A stretch of DNA of 64,000 nt from an uncultured Acidobacteriota bacterium (lineage in GTDB: Bacteria > Acidobacteriota > Thermoanaerobaculia > Gp7-AA8): NCBI GenBank assembly GCA_963822445.1, contig CAWGHO010000002.1, positions 1,568,001-1,632,000 of the forward strand. Direction: 5' to 3'. The number at the start of each line of letters is the position of its first letter. The stretch's first letter is position 1. A program made the position numbers and the translations under genes. The notes below the pieces were generated by a model, which searched no databases, was not told where the DNA came from, and worked only from the letters and a program-made list of their open reading frames with translations. Below are positions 19,744 through 28,691 of the stretch, piece after piece.

Positions 19744-20843
19744 CGCCAGCCGAATCGAAGCCCTGGGATGGCGCCGGATCGTCTGCGGAGACGCCGGATG
19801 ACGCTATCCGCGATCAGCCTCACGATGAACCTCGACGCAAAAAGCGGGGCGCGTCCGAAGCCGTCGCGCGCGAGCCGGGTCGCGGATGACCGGCGGAGGC
19901 GCACCGCTTCCGCGGCGTGAACACACAACACGAACTTCGCGTCGCGTGCGATCTCGCGATCTGCGGCCGGATCGTCATAAAGGTCGCGAAACCGGTCGCG
20001 AAACGCGGAGATGAATTCGAACAGCCTGGCGCGTTCGAGCGGCAAGCTCGACATATGGACCCCCCGCAACATCAAGCTGAAGTCCGGCCACTCGCTGATC
20101 AGCTGCCTCAGATGGGCATCCGCGGATTCAGGCTGGAGGGCATGCCGCGCGTTCTGCTCGATGACGTTCCGGACGAGCCTGTCGTATGCGGGGTCCAGTA
20201 GTGGCGCCCGCGGTGCGTGGCGGAACCGAACGAGCACGTCCGGCAGGTTGGCCACGTGGCAGTTCGCCAGAATGCGTGAAAACAGCGCGAAGTCCGCGGA
20301 GCGCTGCATGCGCTCGTCGTAACCGCCGACGCTCTCGAAGCTCTCGCGCGTGAACATCACCGTCGAATGGATGAAGGGGGAACCGAAGAGCGACTGCCAC
20401 GCGATCCCGCGCCGTGTCACCGCCCTCGGCGCGACACTCCGAAGCAGCGGTCCACTCGCTTCGAAGTGGTGAGCTTGCGCGCCCACGAGCGCGAGCTTCG
20501 GCTGGGCGGCGAACGCCGCCAGCTGCTTCTCGAGCCGGTGCGGGAGCGCGATGTCGTCCGCGTCCATCCGCGCGATCAAAGCGGCTCTCGATTCGCGAAC
20601 CGCCTGGTTGCCCGCGGCCGCGCTGCCGAGATTGCGCGGGTTGCGAATGACGCGTACGCGAGGATCGCTGATCCGGCGCAGGATTTCAGGCGAGTGGTCC
20701 GTCGAGCCGTTGTCGACGATCACCAGTTCGAAATCCGTGATCGTCTGCTGTAACACCGATTGGATCGCAGCTTCAACGAATGCGCCTTCGTTGTAGACCG
20801 GCATCACCACGCTGACGGCCGGCACTCGGCCGCTCGCGCTCAT
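19740..20843 (-). CDS. Glycosyltransferase family 2
   Basis: VSVVMPVYN, VDNGSTD, ARMDADD and HSTVMF; ATGA-coupled to the ABC gene. Confidence 0.9.
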   Translation of the reverse strand: MSASGRVPAVSVVMPVYNEGAFVEAAIQSVLQQTITDFELVIVDNGSTDHSPEILRRISDPRVRVIRNPRNLGSAAAGNQAVRESRAALIARMDADDIALPHRLEKQLAAFAAQPKLALVGAQAHHFEASGPLLRSVAPRAVTRRGIAWQSLFGSPFIHSTVMFTRESFESVGGYDERMQRSADFALFSRILANCHVANLPDVLVRFRHAPRAPLLDPAYDRLVRNVIEQNARHALQPESADAHLRQLISEWPDFSLMLRGVHMSSLPLERARLFEFISAFRDRFRDLYDDPAADREIARDAKFVLCVHAAEAVRLRRSSATRLARDGFGRAPLFASRFIVRLIADSVIRRLRRRSGAIPGLRFGWR

Positions 20844-20920
20844 CGTGCAACGGCCCGCAACCGCAAACCGACCGCGGTCATAGGCACGGCGATTTCGTTG
20901 CCGAGGTCGAAGTCTCGCAC
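20840..20920 (-). CDS. Putative 26-aa small ORF (MRDFDLGNEIAVPMTAVGLRLRAVAR)
   Basis: GTG start 7 nt after a TATCAT -10-like box; its TGA overlaps the GT2 ATG (ATGA). Confidence 0.3.
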   Translation of the reverse strand: MRDFDLGNEIAVPMTAVGLRLRAVAR

Positions 20921-20951
20921 GAGGGCGATGATACCCGGCCGGGCAAACAGG

Positions 20952-21000
20952 GTGGCTGGGAGAACTGGTGGAGTATCGAACTGCCGTGCTCGCTCCGAGA
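20952..21000 (-). repeat. tRNA-Gln 3'-end repeat, copy 1 (att-like)
   Basis: GTGGCTGGGAGAACTGG... shares TGGCTGGGAGA with the tRNA 3' end at 22769 and matches copy 3 at 40/49 positions (counted by hand). Confidence 0.75.
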
Positions 21001-21005
21001 GCTAC

Positions 21006-21422
21006 TCAGCGCCAGCTGACAACGCGCAACCCCTGAAACTGACGAAAGTCAGCGTCGTTGAAGGTCACAAGGATTAGTTCGTTGACATGCGCAATGCCTG
21101 CGATCTGGCCGTCGGCGAAAGGAGGTGTTGCCCCGTGTGCGACCAGGCGGGCACGCTCCTTGGCGTGCCACTCCGCTGCGGCGCGGTTGTAGTCGAGAAT
21201 AGGCATCGTCGCGAGTACGACCTCTTCGAGGTACTGAATGATTGCCTCGCGGCGGCGCGACGGCGGAAGTCGTTCGGCCCCGTATCGCAGCTCATGCCAG
21301 ACGACCGATGAGATTGCAATTTCGTCTTCATGGCGTCTGAGCTTTCGGACTACACCGTGCAGTGGCTTCGGTCGAAGCGGTTCAGACACGACATTGGTGT
21401 CGAGCAGATACTTCAAACTCAC
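21006..21422 (-). CDS. vapC: Type II TA toxin, PIN domain (VapC)
   Basis: YLLDTNVVSE, ELRYG, DGQIAGIA and LVTFN..DF acidic PIN residues. Confidence 0.93.
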   Translation of the reverse strand: MSLKYLLDTNVVSEPLRPKPLHGVVRKLRRHEDEIAISSVVWHELRYGAERLPPSRRREAIIQYLEEVVLATMPILDYNRAAAEWHAKERARLVAHGATPPFADGQIAGIAHVNELILVTFNDADFRQFQGLRVVSWR

Positions 21423-21700
21423 AGCCCGATTTCTCTTCCTGGTCGCGCATCCCGCAGATCACTGAAGATCTCATCGGGATCGATCGCCAGTTCGGAGAGA
21501 TCCACTTCGCGAGTGAATTCATCCCACGCCTCGGAGAAGCGGCGTGATCGGGTCGCGAGACGTTCGTACTGTTTTCGGCCGATCAACACAGCCACACTTT
21601 CGCCCCGCCTGGTCAGCACGACGGGCTCACCGGATTCTGCCTGGCGAACAAGTTGGGGGAGGTTGCTTCGCGCTGAGGCTATGGATTGCTGCTTTGGCAT
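21419..21700 (-). CDS. Type II TA antitoxin, Phd/YefM family
   Basis: SIASARSNLPQLVRQAESGEPVVLTRRGESVAVLI; overlaps the vapC start by 4 nt. Confidence 0.9.
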   Translation of the reverse strand: MPKQQSIASARSNLPQLVRQAESGEPVVLTRRGESVAVLIGRKQYERLATRSRRFSEAWDEFTREVDLSELAIDPDEIFSDLRDARPGREIGL

Positions 21701-21713
21701 CAGATGCACCACG

Positions 21714-21731
21714 TGTACATAGCGATGTACA
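21714..21731. promoter_or_regulatory. Putative TA operator (inverted repeat)
   Basis: TGTACAT-AGCG-ATGTACA lies between a TAAGAT -10-like box (minus strand) and the antitoxin start. Confidence 0.6.
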
Positions 21732-21802
21732 TCTTACCATCTGAACCGGGCCTCACAATGGCTCGCCCGTCTAAGCCACGGCAGGTCAGTGGCTTGAAAA
21801 CC

Positions 21803-21839
21803 GTGGCTGGGAGAACTGGCGATCGAACCGCCGTGCTCG
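21803..21839 (-). repeat. tRNA-Gln 3'-end repeat, copy 2 (att-like)
   Basis: GTGGCTGGGAGAACTGGCGATCGAACCGCCGTGCTCG; the first 17 nt are identical to copy 1. Confidence 0.75.
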
Positions 21840-21985
21840 AGTGCGGCTTCGAAGAGCTCACGGCGACGCTCGCGCTCGAAGCACTCGGTCGGCACGGCGC
21901 GTGTGAGGATCGCCACCTTCATCAGCGCTGACGCAGCCGCCCGCGGCTCGACAACCACCGTCACCAGTTTCGTCATCCCGACGAC

Positions 21986-22034
21986 GTGGCTGGGAGTATT
22001 GGCGGAGCATCGAAGCGCCGTCGTCGCTCCGACA
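21986..22034 (-). repeat. tRNA-Gln 3'-end repeat, copy 3 (att-like)
   Basis: GTGGCTGGGAGTATTGGCGGAGCATCGAAGCGCCGTCGTCGCTCCGACA. Confidence 0.7.
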
Positions 22035-22091
22035 AGCGGCAACTCGCGACAATCGACCGCCTTGCGCTCTTCGTAGCGCTGGAGCAAGATC

Positions 22092-22337
22092 ATGAGCGTG
22101 AGCGAGCTGCGAATGAAAACGGTTGGGCACCGGAAGATTGAAGGTTCGAATGTTTGGAGTGCGGTGCAACAACTGACCGAGACCGCCGAACGAATTCGCG
22201 GCACCCGCGCGCTGGTTCCTCGGGGCGTCCAGCGTTTCACGACGTTCGAGGAGGCACATGAGTGGATGCTGGAGATGATCGCGAGTACTCACGTCAGCCG
22301 AGGCCGGAAGATCTCACCAAAATCTGCGCCGCCCTGA
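22092..22337 (+). CDS. Small hypothetical protein, partner of the downstream nucleotidyltransferase
   Basis: PRGVQRFTTFEEA motif; overlaps the NTase gene. Start could be 22092 or 22112-region ATG. Confidence 0.55.
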   Translation: MSVSELRMKTVGHRKIEGSNVWSAVQQLTETAERIRGTRALVPRGVQRFTTFEEAHEWMLEMIASTHVSRGRKISPKSAPP

Positions 22338-22744
22338 ATCGAGAGGGAGCTCGCTACCTTCTCATCGGTGGCTTCGCCGTCATCGCCTACGGCTTGGAGC
22401 GGCCAACGAAAGACATCGATTTCCTCATTGATGCCTCACCAGAGAACGTAGAACGGGTCAAGAGAGCCCTGGCGGTACTCCCCGACAATGCCGTTCGAGA
22501 TGTTTCTGCCGACGAAGTAGGCCGTTATGAAGTCGTTCGGGTTGCTGATGAAGTCGTGGTCGATCTTATGGCCAAGGCGTGCGGGATTACGTGGGAAGAG
22601 GCCGCGAGCGACTCGGAGATTCTCGAATTGGATGGAGTGGAGATCCCGATCGTAGGAATCGACACGCTCATCAGAACAAAGCTCACCGTGCGGCCTCACG
22701 ATGCCGCGGATCGCGAATACTTGGAGCGTCTGCGCCGACGTTGA
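22262..22744 (+). CDS. Minimal nucleotidyltransferase-like protein (pol-beta superfamily)
   Basis: YLLIGGFAV..YG..RPTKDIDFLI (GG...DxD), VDLM and LIRTK..RPHD..D. Confidence 0.85.
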   Translation: MDAGDDREYSRQPRPEDLTKICAALNREGARYLLIGGFAVIAYGLERPTKDIDFLIDASPENVERVKRALAVLPDNAVRDVSADEVGRYEVVRVADEVVVDLMAKACGITWEEAASDSEILELDGVEIPIVGIDTLIRTKLTVRPHDAADREYLERLRRR

Positions 22745-22768
22745 GAATCAACTCACGGGCCGCAACGC

Positions 22769-22842
22769 TGGCTGGGAGACAGGGAGTCGAACCCCGATTG
22801 AGCGGTTCAGAGCCGCTTGTCCTACCATTGAACGATCTCCCA
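22769..22842 (-). tRNA. tRNA-Gln (anticodon CTG)
   Basis: Cloverleaf: acceptor TGGGAGA/TCTCCCA, anticodon stem AGCGG/CCGCT with loop CTCTGAA, GTTCGAC T-loop and encoded CCA. Confidence 0.96.
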
Positions 22843-22977
22843 GTAGAACGAACCTGCGGCAGGGTGCCGCGATGCAAGGTGGGGGATGCTACATGGCCGC
22901 TAACGCCATGGTCAAGACGTGAATTCCACCGCCGTCCTCCTCGCTACGTGGCACAATCTTCGAGAGTAAACGACGCC

Positions 22978-23307
22978 ATGTTGCCTGAAGTCTTCGAGTG
23001 CCCGCAGTGCCAGAGGCAGTTCGTCTTCGAGCTGGTGGAGGCCTCCGCCGACCAGTCCATCCACTGCCCCCAGTGCAAGCGCTACCTCGGCGAGAAGGAC
23101 CTCAACTTCGTCCTCGTCAGCGAGATCGAAGAGCTCGTGGAGCGCCTCGGATTCGAGCGCGACCGTCTCGAGCGCGACGAGGCCGTCTACTCCATGACCG
23201 ACTGCGATGCCGAGCTTCGCACTTACGGGACCGAGGTTCATAAAGTCGTGAACATCCTTCGGAAGACCGTGGCAGATCTCGACGCGCTCAAGCAGACTTA
23301 CCGGTGA
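22978..23307 (+). CDS. Small zinc-ribbon protein
   Basis: Two CPQC motifs followed by an acidic helical tail; GTGA overlap with the next gene. Confidence 0.7.
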   Translation: MLPEVFECPQCQRQFVFELVEASADQSIHCPQCKRYLGEKDLNFVLVSEIEELVERLGFERDRLERDEAVYSMTDCDAELRTYGTEVHKVVNILRKTVADLDALKQTYR

Positions 23308-24479
23308 GCCTACCGCTGGACGGCGTCCTCGTCGCCGACTTCACTCGCGTCCTGGCCGGCCCCCTCTGCACCCAGCTCCTCGGCGACGAAGGCGCGCGCG
23401 TCATCAAAGTCGAAGAGCCGGAACGCGGCGACGAGACCCGCCGCTGGGGCCCGCCCTTCCTCGGCGACTTCAGCACGTACTTCCTCTCCGTCAACCGCAA
23501 CAAAGAGTCGATCACCCTCGACCTGCGCACCGAAAAAGAGCTCGCCCGGATGCTCCTCGAGCGGACCGACGTCGTCATCGACAACTTCCTTCCTCCGCAA
23601 CGCGAAGCGCTCCTGGGCGACGTGCTGGCCATCAACCCGCGGGCGATTCATTGCTCCATCACCGGATTCGATGGCGATACCGCTGAAGCCAATACGCCGG
23701 GATACGACCTCCTGGCGCAGGCCGGGGCGGGGCTGATGTCGATCACCGGCGAGGCCGACGGGGAGCCGTCGAAGGCGGGAGTGGCGCTGACGGATGTGCT
23801 CACTGCGCATTACGCGCACGGCGCGATCTGCGCGGCGCTGTTCGCTCGTGAACGGACCGGAAAAGGCGCGCGGCTCGAGGTCTCGCTTTTCGGCGCGGCA
23901 CTGGCGTCGCTGATCAACGTAGCCCAGGGCTCGCTGGTCACCGGCAACGAGGCGCGGCGCTACGGCAACGCCCATCCGTCGATCGTTCCCTACCAGGTCT
24001 TTCATGCGAGCGATCGCACGTTCGCGATCGGCGGCGGCACCGATCGGCATTTCCGTTTACTGTGCGAGCGGGTGATCGAGCGGCCGGAGCTCGTGAACGA
24101 CGAACGCTTCGCGCACAACACCGCGCGCGTGAACAACCGCGACGTGCTCGTGCCTCTCCTCGATTCGATTTTCAGGACGAAGCCGGCCGCGGAATGGATC
24201 GAGCGGTTGCGCGCGGTGTCGATTCCCTGCTCACCGGTCCGCGGCGTGCTCGAGGCACTGCGCAGCGCGGAAGCGGCGCCGCTGATCGTCGACGCCGGCG
24301 GATTTCGAACCGTGGCCAACCCGGTACGTTTCGATGGCGAGCGCTTGCCGGTGCGACTCGCGCCGCCGAAGCTCGGTCAGCACACCGGCGAGATCGCGCG
24401 CGAGCTCACCACCGCGAATACGACAGAACGAACAGCGCCGCGCACGCGCACAGGACGAACGCCAGCAGGCCGCCGATGA
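23304..24479 (+). CDS. CoA-transferase family III (CaiB/BaiF)
   Basis: DFTRVLAGP, GARVIKVE, NRNKESITLDL, PGYDLLAQA and PPKLGQHT. Confidence 0.92.
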   Translation: MSLPLDGVLVADFTRVLAGPLCTQLLGDEGARVIKVEEPERGDETRRWGPPFLGDFSTYFLSVNRNKESITLDLRTEKELARMLLERTDVVIDNFLPPQREALLGDVLAINPRAIHCSITGFDGDTAEANTPGYDLLAQAGAGLMSITGEADGEPSKAGVALTDVLTAHYAHGAICAALFARERTGKGARLEVSLFGAALASLINVAQGSLVTGNEARRYGNAHPSIVPYQVFHASDRTFAIGGGTDRHFRLLCERVIERPELVNDERFAHNTARVNNRDVLVPLLDSIFRTKPAAEWIERLRAVSIPCSPVRGVLEALRSAEAAPLIVDAGGFRTVANPVRFDGERLPVRLAPPKLGQHTGEIARELTTANTTERTAPRTRTGRTPAGRR

Positions 24480-24618
24480 GCAGCATGTGTGACGTGCCGC
24501 CCGCCTTTGCCTCGCCGAAGCGGCGGAAGATGAAATACAGCGCGATCCCGCCGACGGCCGCGATGAACGTCCCGACGATCAAGACCACGATCAGTGCGCG
24601 CTGAAACTCCGGATCCAT
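24406..24618 (-). CDS. Small two-TM membrane protein
   Basis: Two clear hydrophobic helices, but it overlaps both neighbours. Confidence 0.55.
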   Translation of the reverse strand: MDPEFQRALIVVLIVGTFIAAVGGIALYFIFRRFGEAKAGGTSHMLLIGGLLAFVLCACAALFVLSYSRW

Positions 24619-25286
24619 CGCTCGACGGTATCACCGCCGTCATCTTCGATTTCGACGAGACCATCATCGATCTCGAGCCGCAGCACACCGGCGCGCACGA
24701 CGCGCTCTGCCGCGAAATGGGCTCCGACTACTCGTCCATGCCCCTGGAAATGCGAACCGCCTCCGGATCGCGGATCATCGACGACATCCGCGAGATGCGC
24801 GCGCACTTCGGGTGGAGCGAATCCGAAGAAGACCTGTTTGCGCGGCGGCAACGGCATTTCGATGAGCTCTGCGCGACCGCACCGCTCGAGCTGATGCCCG
24901 CGGTGCGGGAGACGGTGAACGAGCTGCACGCGCGCGGGTTCCGCCTGGCGATCACCTCATCCGCGGTCGCCGGTTCCATCGACGCCATCCTCGTCCGCCT
25001 CGGCCTTCGCGACCGGTTCGAGTTGATCGTCGACGGCAGTGAAGTCGTCAACGGCAAGCCCGACCCGGAAGCCTACCTGCTCACCGCGCGGAAGCTCGGC
25101 GTGCCGCCGGAGCGGTGTCTCGTGCTCGAAGACTCGCAGGTTGGCGTGCTCGCCGCGAAGCGCGCGGGCATGTTCTGCGTCGCGGTTCCGAATCCGCGGG
25201 CGCAATCGATTCAGGACCTGTCCGCGGCCGATCGCATCGTCGAGCGGATCGACGAGGTGCTCAGGTTCTTGGCGCCATCGCGCTGA
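24594..25286 (+). CDS. HAD family phosphatase (beta-phosphoglucomutase-like)
   Basis: DFDETIID, TSS, GKPDPEAYL and LEDSQVG; start uncertain. Confidence 0.9.
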   Translation: MRAETPDPSLDGITAVIFDFDETIIDLEPQHTGAHDALCREMGSDYSSMPLEMRTASGSRIIDDIREMRAHFGWSESEEDLFARRQRHFDELCATAPLELMPAVRETVNELHARGFRLAITSSAVAGSIDAILVRLGLRDRFELIVDGSEVVNGKPDPEAYLLTARKLGVPPERCLVLEDSQVGVLAAKRAGMFCVAVPNPRAQSIQDLSAADRIVERIDEVLRFLAPSR

Positions 25287-25908
25287 GCTCAGCCACCAGG
25301 CGGATGAGATTGCGGCCATCGTCGTCAGCGGCCTGATATGTGCGGCAGAGCGTCTGGACCTCTTCTTCCTCCTCGTGCGCGGCGACGGTGAACCCATCCG
25401 CCGGCTGCGCGGGCGAGGACGTCGGAACGCGCCACCAGGAGTCGCCTTTCAAGCGATAGCTGACGAAGCCGCGCGAGCGCGATCGCCGCGCACCGCCGAG
25501 CTGCTCGAGAATCGTCGGCGTCTCGTCGCGATGATCGCCGGCGGCGTTGGCTTTCTGCGCCGCGAGGATCCGCCCGACGAACGTCGCCATCAGATCCTGC
25601 AACCGCTCGTTCGAATCGCCGACCGCCTTGGCGAAGCGCACGCCGGTGTGTGACACCGTGCTCTTGCCGTCACCGGCCTGGTCGCGCATCGCCTCGCTGC
25701 GAATCACCTCGCACACGAACTCGACGTCCGCCCCCTGCCACCGGAAGGAAAGATTGAAGACGTCTCCCGGTACCGGCGCTCCGTAATGCTCGATGAGCGC
25801 GCCGGTCATGCCGATGTCGAGCACCAGCGCGTTGCCGCCGGCGAACGTCGACAGGATCGGCTTGGTGAGCTTCAGACGCTGGAAGACGCGGCGGTCGTCG
25901 GTTGACAT
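25261..25908 (-). CDS. PilZ-like domain protein with uncharacterised C-terminal domain (paralog A)
   Basis: RRVFQR (RxxxR), DIGMTG and TGVRF. Confidence 0.75.
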   Translation of the reverse strand: MSTDDRRVFQRLKLTKPILSTFAGGNALVLDIGMTGALIEHYGAPVPGDVFNLSFRWQGADVEFVCEVIRSEAMRDQAGDGKSTVSHTGVRFAKAVGDSNERLQDLMATFVGRILAAQKANAAGDHRDETPTILEQLGGARRSRSRGFVSYRLKGDSWWRVPTSSPAQPADGFTVAAHEEEEEVQTLCRTYQAADDDGRNLIRLVAELSAMAPRT

Positions 25909-25941
25909 CTTGTGATGGAAATATATCAGCGGGCTGGTTTT

Positions 25942-26048
25942 GGTTGCTGGGTTGCTAGGTTACTGGGTTGCTGGGTGCTCCGCCGAGACGAACGATCGCC
26001 AAACCAGCGGAGCACTCAGCAACCCAGCAACTTAGCAACCCAGCAACC
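25942..26048. repeat. Inverted octamer tandem repeat hairpin
   Basis: (GGTTGCTG)~4 ... (CAGCAACC)~4. Confidence 0.85.
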
Positions 26049-26088
26049 CCAAGTGGTAAGCCCTTTGCTGGGGTACATCCGAACGTCC

Positions 26089-28080
26089 GTGGCATCGAAC
26101 AACCCCATCGATCGACGCAGTATGTGGCGCGTCGGGCCGGAGAGCACCTGGACGACTGTCGTCCCGGTCGTGTTCATCATCGTCTCTCTTCTTTCTCTGG
26201 TCGTCTTGCCGCTCGTCGTTTCGAACAAAACCGCCAAGATGCGCCAGGAGATCCAGCGCATCGCCGAGCCTGCGCGCCGTTCCGCGAACGAGATTCAGAC
26301 CGGCCTTTCCGGTGAGCTGGACAAGATCATCGCTTATCAGGTCACCGGTCAGGAGCAATATCGCTCGGCTTTTTACTCACTCGTTGCAAAGCAGGAGGCG
26401 AACCGCCGCGCGCTCGCCAGCCTGTTGCCGAAGCTGGACGAAGATCTCCAGCGCGAACTCGACGCGATGTTCGTGCAGAGCAGCCGCTGGCACAGCGCGG
26501 TCGTGAGCGGCGAGTTTCTGACGCGGCAATTGCCGAGCGAAGTCCTGCTGACGCGTCTGTACGAGAGCCACGCCGTCTATGAGAAGTCGCTCCACGCAGC
26601 CTCGGAGCTCGAGCTCTCCCTGCAGATCGGCATCGAGCAGCGCCTGCGCCGCATTCGTGACGCCGAGAAGGTCAACCTCTGGCTGACCATCATCCTCACC
26701 CTTCTCGCGCTCACCTCCGCGCTCCTCGTCGCCGGGCTGGGACGGCAGATGCGTCTCCTCGCGCGGGAGGCCATGGCCCGCCGCCACGAGGCGGAGCGGG
26801 AGACGAACGAAGCCACCGTCGCCCGTGAAGCGGCGGAGATCGAAGAGCGCCGCGCCGCGTTCATCGCCGCTGCCGGACAGGAGCTCGCGGCATCGCTCGA
26901 CTACGAACAGACACTGGCCACCCTCGCGCGGATCATCGTCCCCAACCTCGCCGAGATGTGCGTGATCGACATCGCCGAAGCCGACCGATCGCTGCGGCGC
27001 GCGGCCATCGCCCATCGCAATCCCGAAGATGAAACTGTGTTGCGTACGCAGATCGGCACGATGAAACGCGAGGTGCCCGAAGCGCTCGTGCGGATCATGC
27101 AGGCCGGTGATGCGACGCTGGTCGGTTCGACCTCGTCGCTCTATCAATACGTGACCGGCAACGCCGATCCCGGATCGCGAACGCTCGTGTTCCTGCCCCT
27201 GGTCAGCCGTGGTCAGACCATTGGTATCGCCGCCGCCGTCGCGCCGGAATCGCGGCCCTTCACGCGGGACGATCTCGCCCTCTTCACCGAGGTTGCGCGT
27301 CGCGCGTCGCTGGCGATCGACAATGCGCGGCTCTACCTCGAATCCCAGCAGGCCGTGCGCGCTCGCGAGGAAGTCCTGGCCATCGTTTCCCACGACCTGC
27401 GCAATCCTCTCAACGCCGTAACCCTCGGATCGTCGCTGCTGCAGATGTCGAAATCGCTGTCGGCCGACGATCGCGAACAGATCGACACCATCGGCGTTTC
27501 CGCGCGGCGCATGGCCAGGCTCATCGAAGATCTGCTCGACGTGACGCGTCTCGAGGGAGGAAAGCGGTTGCCGATCGAGCCGTCACCGGTGGAGGTGACC
27601 GATCTCCTGAACGAGGCTGAGGAGCTGTTTCGATCGCAGGCGGCGGTGGCTTCGGTGTCGATGGAGTATCAGGCCGCGGACGCATTGCCGCTCGTGCGCG
27701 CCGATCGCCACCGCGTGATGCAGGTGCTCTCCAACCTGATCGGCAACTCGATGAAGTTCACGCCGCCCGGGGGCCGCATCAACGTCCGCGCGACGGGCAA
27801 GAACGGCCACGTTCTCTTCACCGTGAGCGATACCGGCCCGGGGATCCCGAAGGAAAACCTGAGCGACATCTTCACTCCTTACTGGCAGGCGAAGCGCGCC
27901 GAGCGCCTCGGCGCGGGCCTCGGACTTCCCATCGCCAAAGGCATCGTCGAGGCTCACGGCGGGAAGATCTGGGCGGAGAGCGAGCCGGGTCGCGGGACCA
28001 CGTTCAACTTCACGCTGCCGATTGCCGAAGGTGCGCAGACCGCCGCTACGAGCGTGGCGGGATCTGAAGCACGCCGCTGA
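26089..28080 (+). CDS. Membrane sensor histidine kinase (2 TM, GAF, HisKA, HATPase)
   Basis: SHDLRNPL H-box, [15 protein letters not shown] and GAGLGL. Start GTG 26089 or ATG 26122. Confidence 0.92.
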   Translation: MASNNPIDRRSMWRVGPESTWTTVVPVVFIIVSLLSLVVLPLVVSNKTAKMRQEIQRIAEPARRSANEIQTGLSGELDKIIAYQVTGQEQYRSAFYSLVAKQEANRRALASLLPKLDEDLQRELDAMFVQSSRWHSAVVSGEFLTRQLPSEVLLTRLYESHAVYEKSLHAASELELSLQIGIEQRLRRIRDAEKVNLWLTIILTLLALTSALLVAGLGRQMRLLAREAMARRHEAERETNEATVAREAAEIEERRAAFIAAAGQELAASLDYEQTLATLARIIVPNLAEMCVIDIAEADRSLRRAAIAHRNPEDETVLRTQIGTMKREVPEALVRIMQAGDATLVGSTSSLYQYVTGNADPGSRTLVFLPLVSRGQTIGIAAAVAPESRPFTRDDLALFTEVARRASLAIDNARLYLESQQAVRAREEVLAIVSHDLRNPLNAVTLGSSLLQMSKSLSADDREQIDTIGVSARRMARLIEDLLDVTRLEGGKRLPIEPSPVEVTDLLNEAEELFRSQAAVASVSMEYQAADALPLVRADRHRVMQVLSNLIGNSMKFTPPGGRINVRATGKNGHVLFTVSDTGPGIPKENLSDIFTPYWQAKRAERLGAGLGLPIAKGIVEAHGGKIWAESEPGRGTTFNFTLPIAEGAQTAATSVAGSEARR

Positions 28081-28669
28081 CGCTCAGCTCCGCGAACAGG
28101 CGGATCAGGCGGCGGCCTTCTTCATCCGAGGCCTCGTACACCTCGCAGAGGCGTTGCATCTCGACGGCATCCTCGCCGCGGGCGACTGTGAATCCGGCGT
28201 CGGGCTGCTCGGGAAGGAAAACGCGCCGTTTCTGCCAGCCCTCGGCGTCGATGCGATAGCAGACGAACAACGCGTCCGCGCCGCGGATGGTCTTGTCGCC
28301 GTCCACCGACTTCCGGATCAGCAGTTTCGTGGCTGACGATTCGTGGCGTTCGCTCAGCGCCTTTTCCACGAGGCGGGCGAGCATCGCCCGCAGCTTGTCG
28401 CCGGATTCGCCGACCGCGGCTAGAAAACGGACGCCGGTTTCATCGGGACGGATGTTGCGGACGACCTCGCAGCGCATGACGATCTCTTCGCCGTCGTGAG
28501 TGAAACGCAGCTCGCTGCGCTGCGCTGCGAGAGGCTCGACGTGATGCATGCGTGCGCCGAGGACGCCGACTTCGCGGAGCATCACGGGAGTCTCGCCGAA
28601 CGTTCCGGGTAGAGGAGGATCGAGCTGAAGGCGTTGGAACTCGCGCCGCTCCTCACCGCGCTGCTGCAT
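28046..28669 (-). CDS. PilZ-like domain protein with uncharacterised C-terminal domain (paralog B)
   Basis: RREFQR and TGVRF; C-terminal QP..GFTVA..E....LC..Y...D..GR.LIRL.AELS is shared with paralog A. Confidence 0.75.
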   Translation of the reverse strand: MQQRGEERREFQRLQLDPPLPGTFGETPVMLREVGVLGARMHHVEPLAAQRSELRFTHDGEEIVMRCEVVRNIRPDETGVRFLAAVGESGDKLRAMLARLVEKALSERHESSATKLLIRKSVDGDKTIRGADALFVCYRIDAEGWQKRRVFLPEQPDAGFTVARGEDAVEMQRLCEVYEASDEEGRRLIRLFAELSVSGVLQIPPRS

Positions 28670-28691
28670 GGGGAGGGATTGTATCGCGCGT

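Noticed and set aside
20952-22034. Three spaced repeats as a possible CRISPR array
   Set aside because: The spacers are ~150-800 bp and contain genes, the repeats derive from the tRNA end, and there are no cas genes.
21734-22292. Minus-strand ORFs 21734-22240 and 21858-22292 as integrase remnants
   Set aside because: No tyrosine- or serine-recombinase motifs are visible, and the ORFs cross the repeat boundaries.
25912-26088. N-terminal extension of the histidine kinase in the ORF track
   Set aside because: It is a translation of the octamer repeat ([11 protein letters not shown]...[11 protein letters not shown]); the real start is likely 26089 or 26122.
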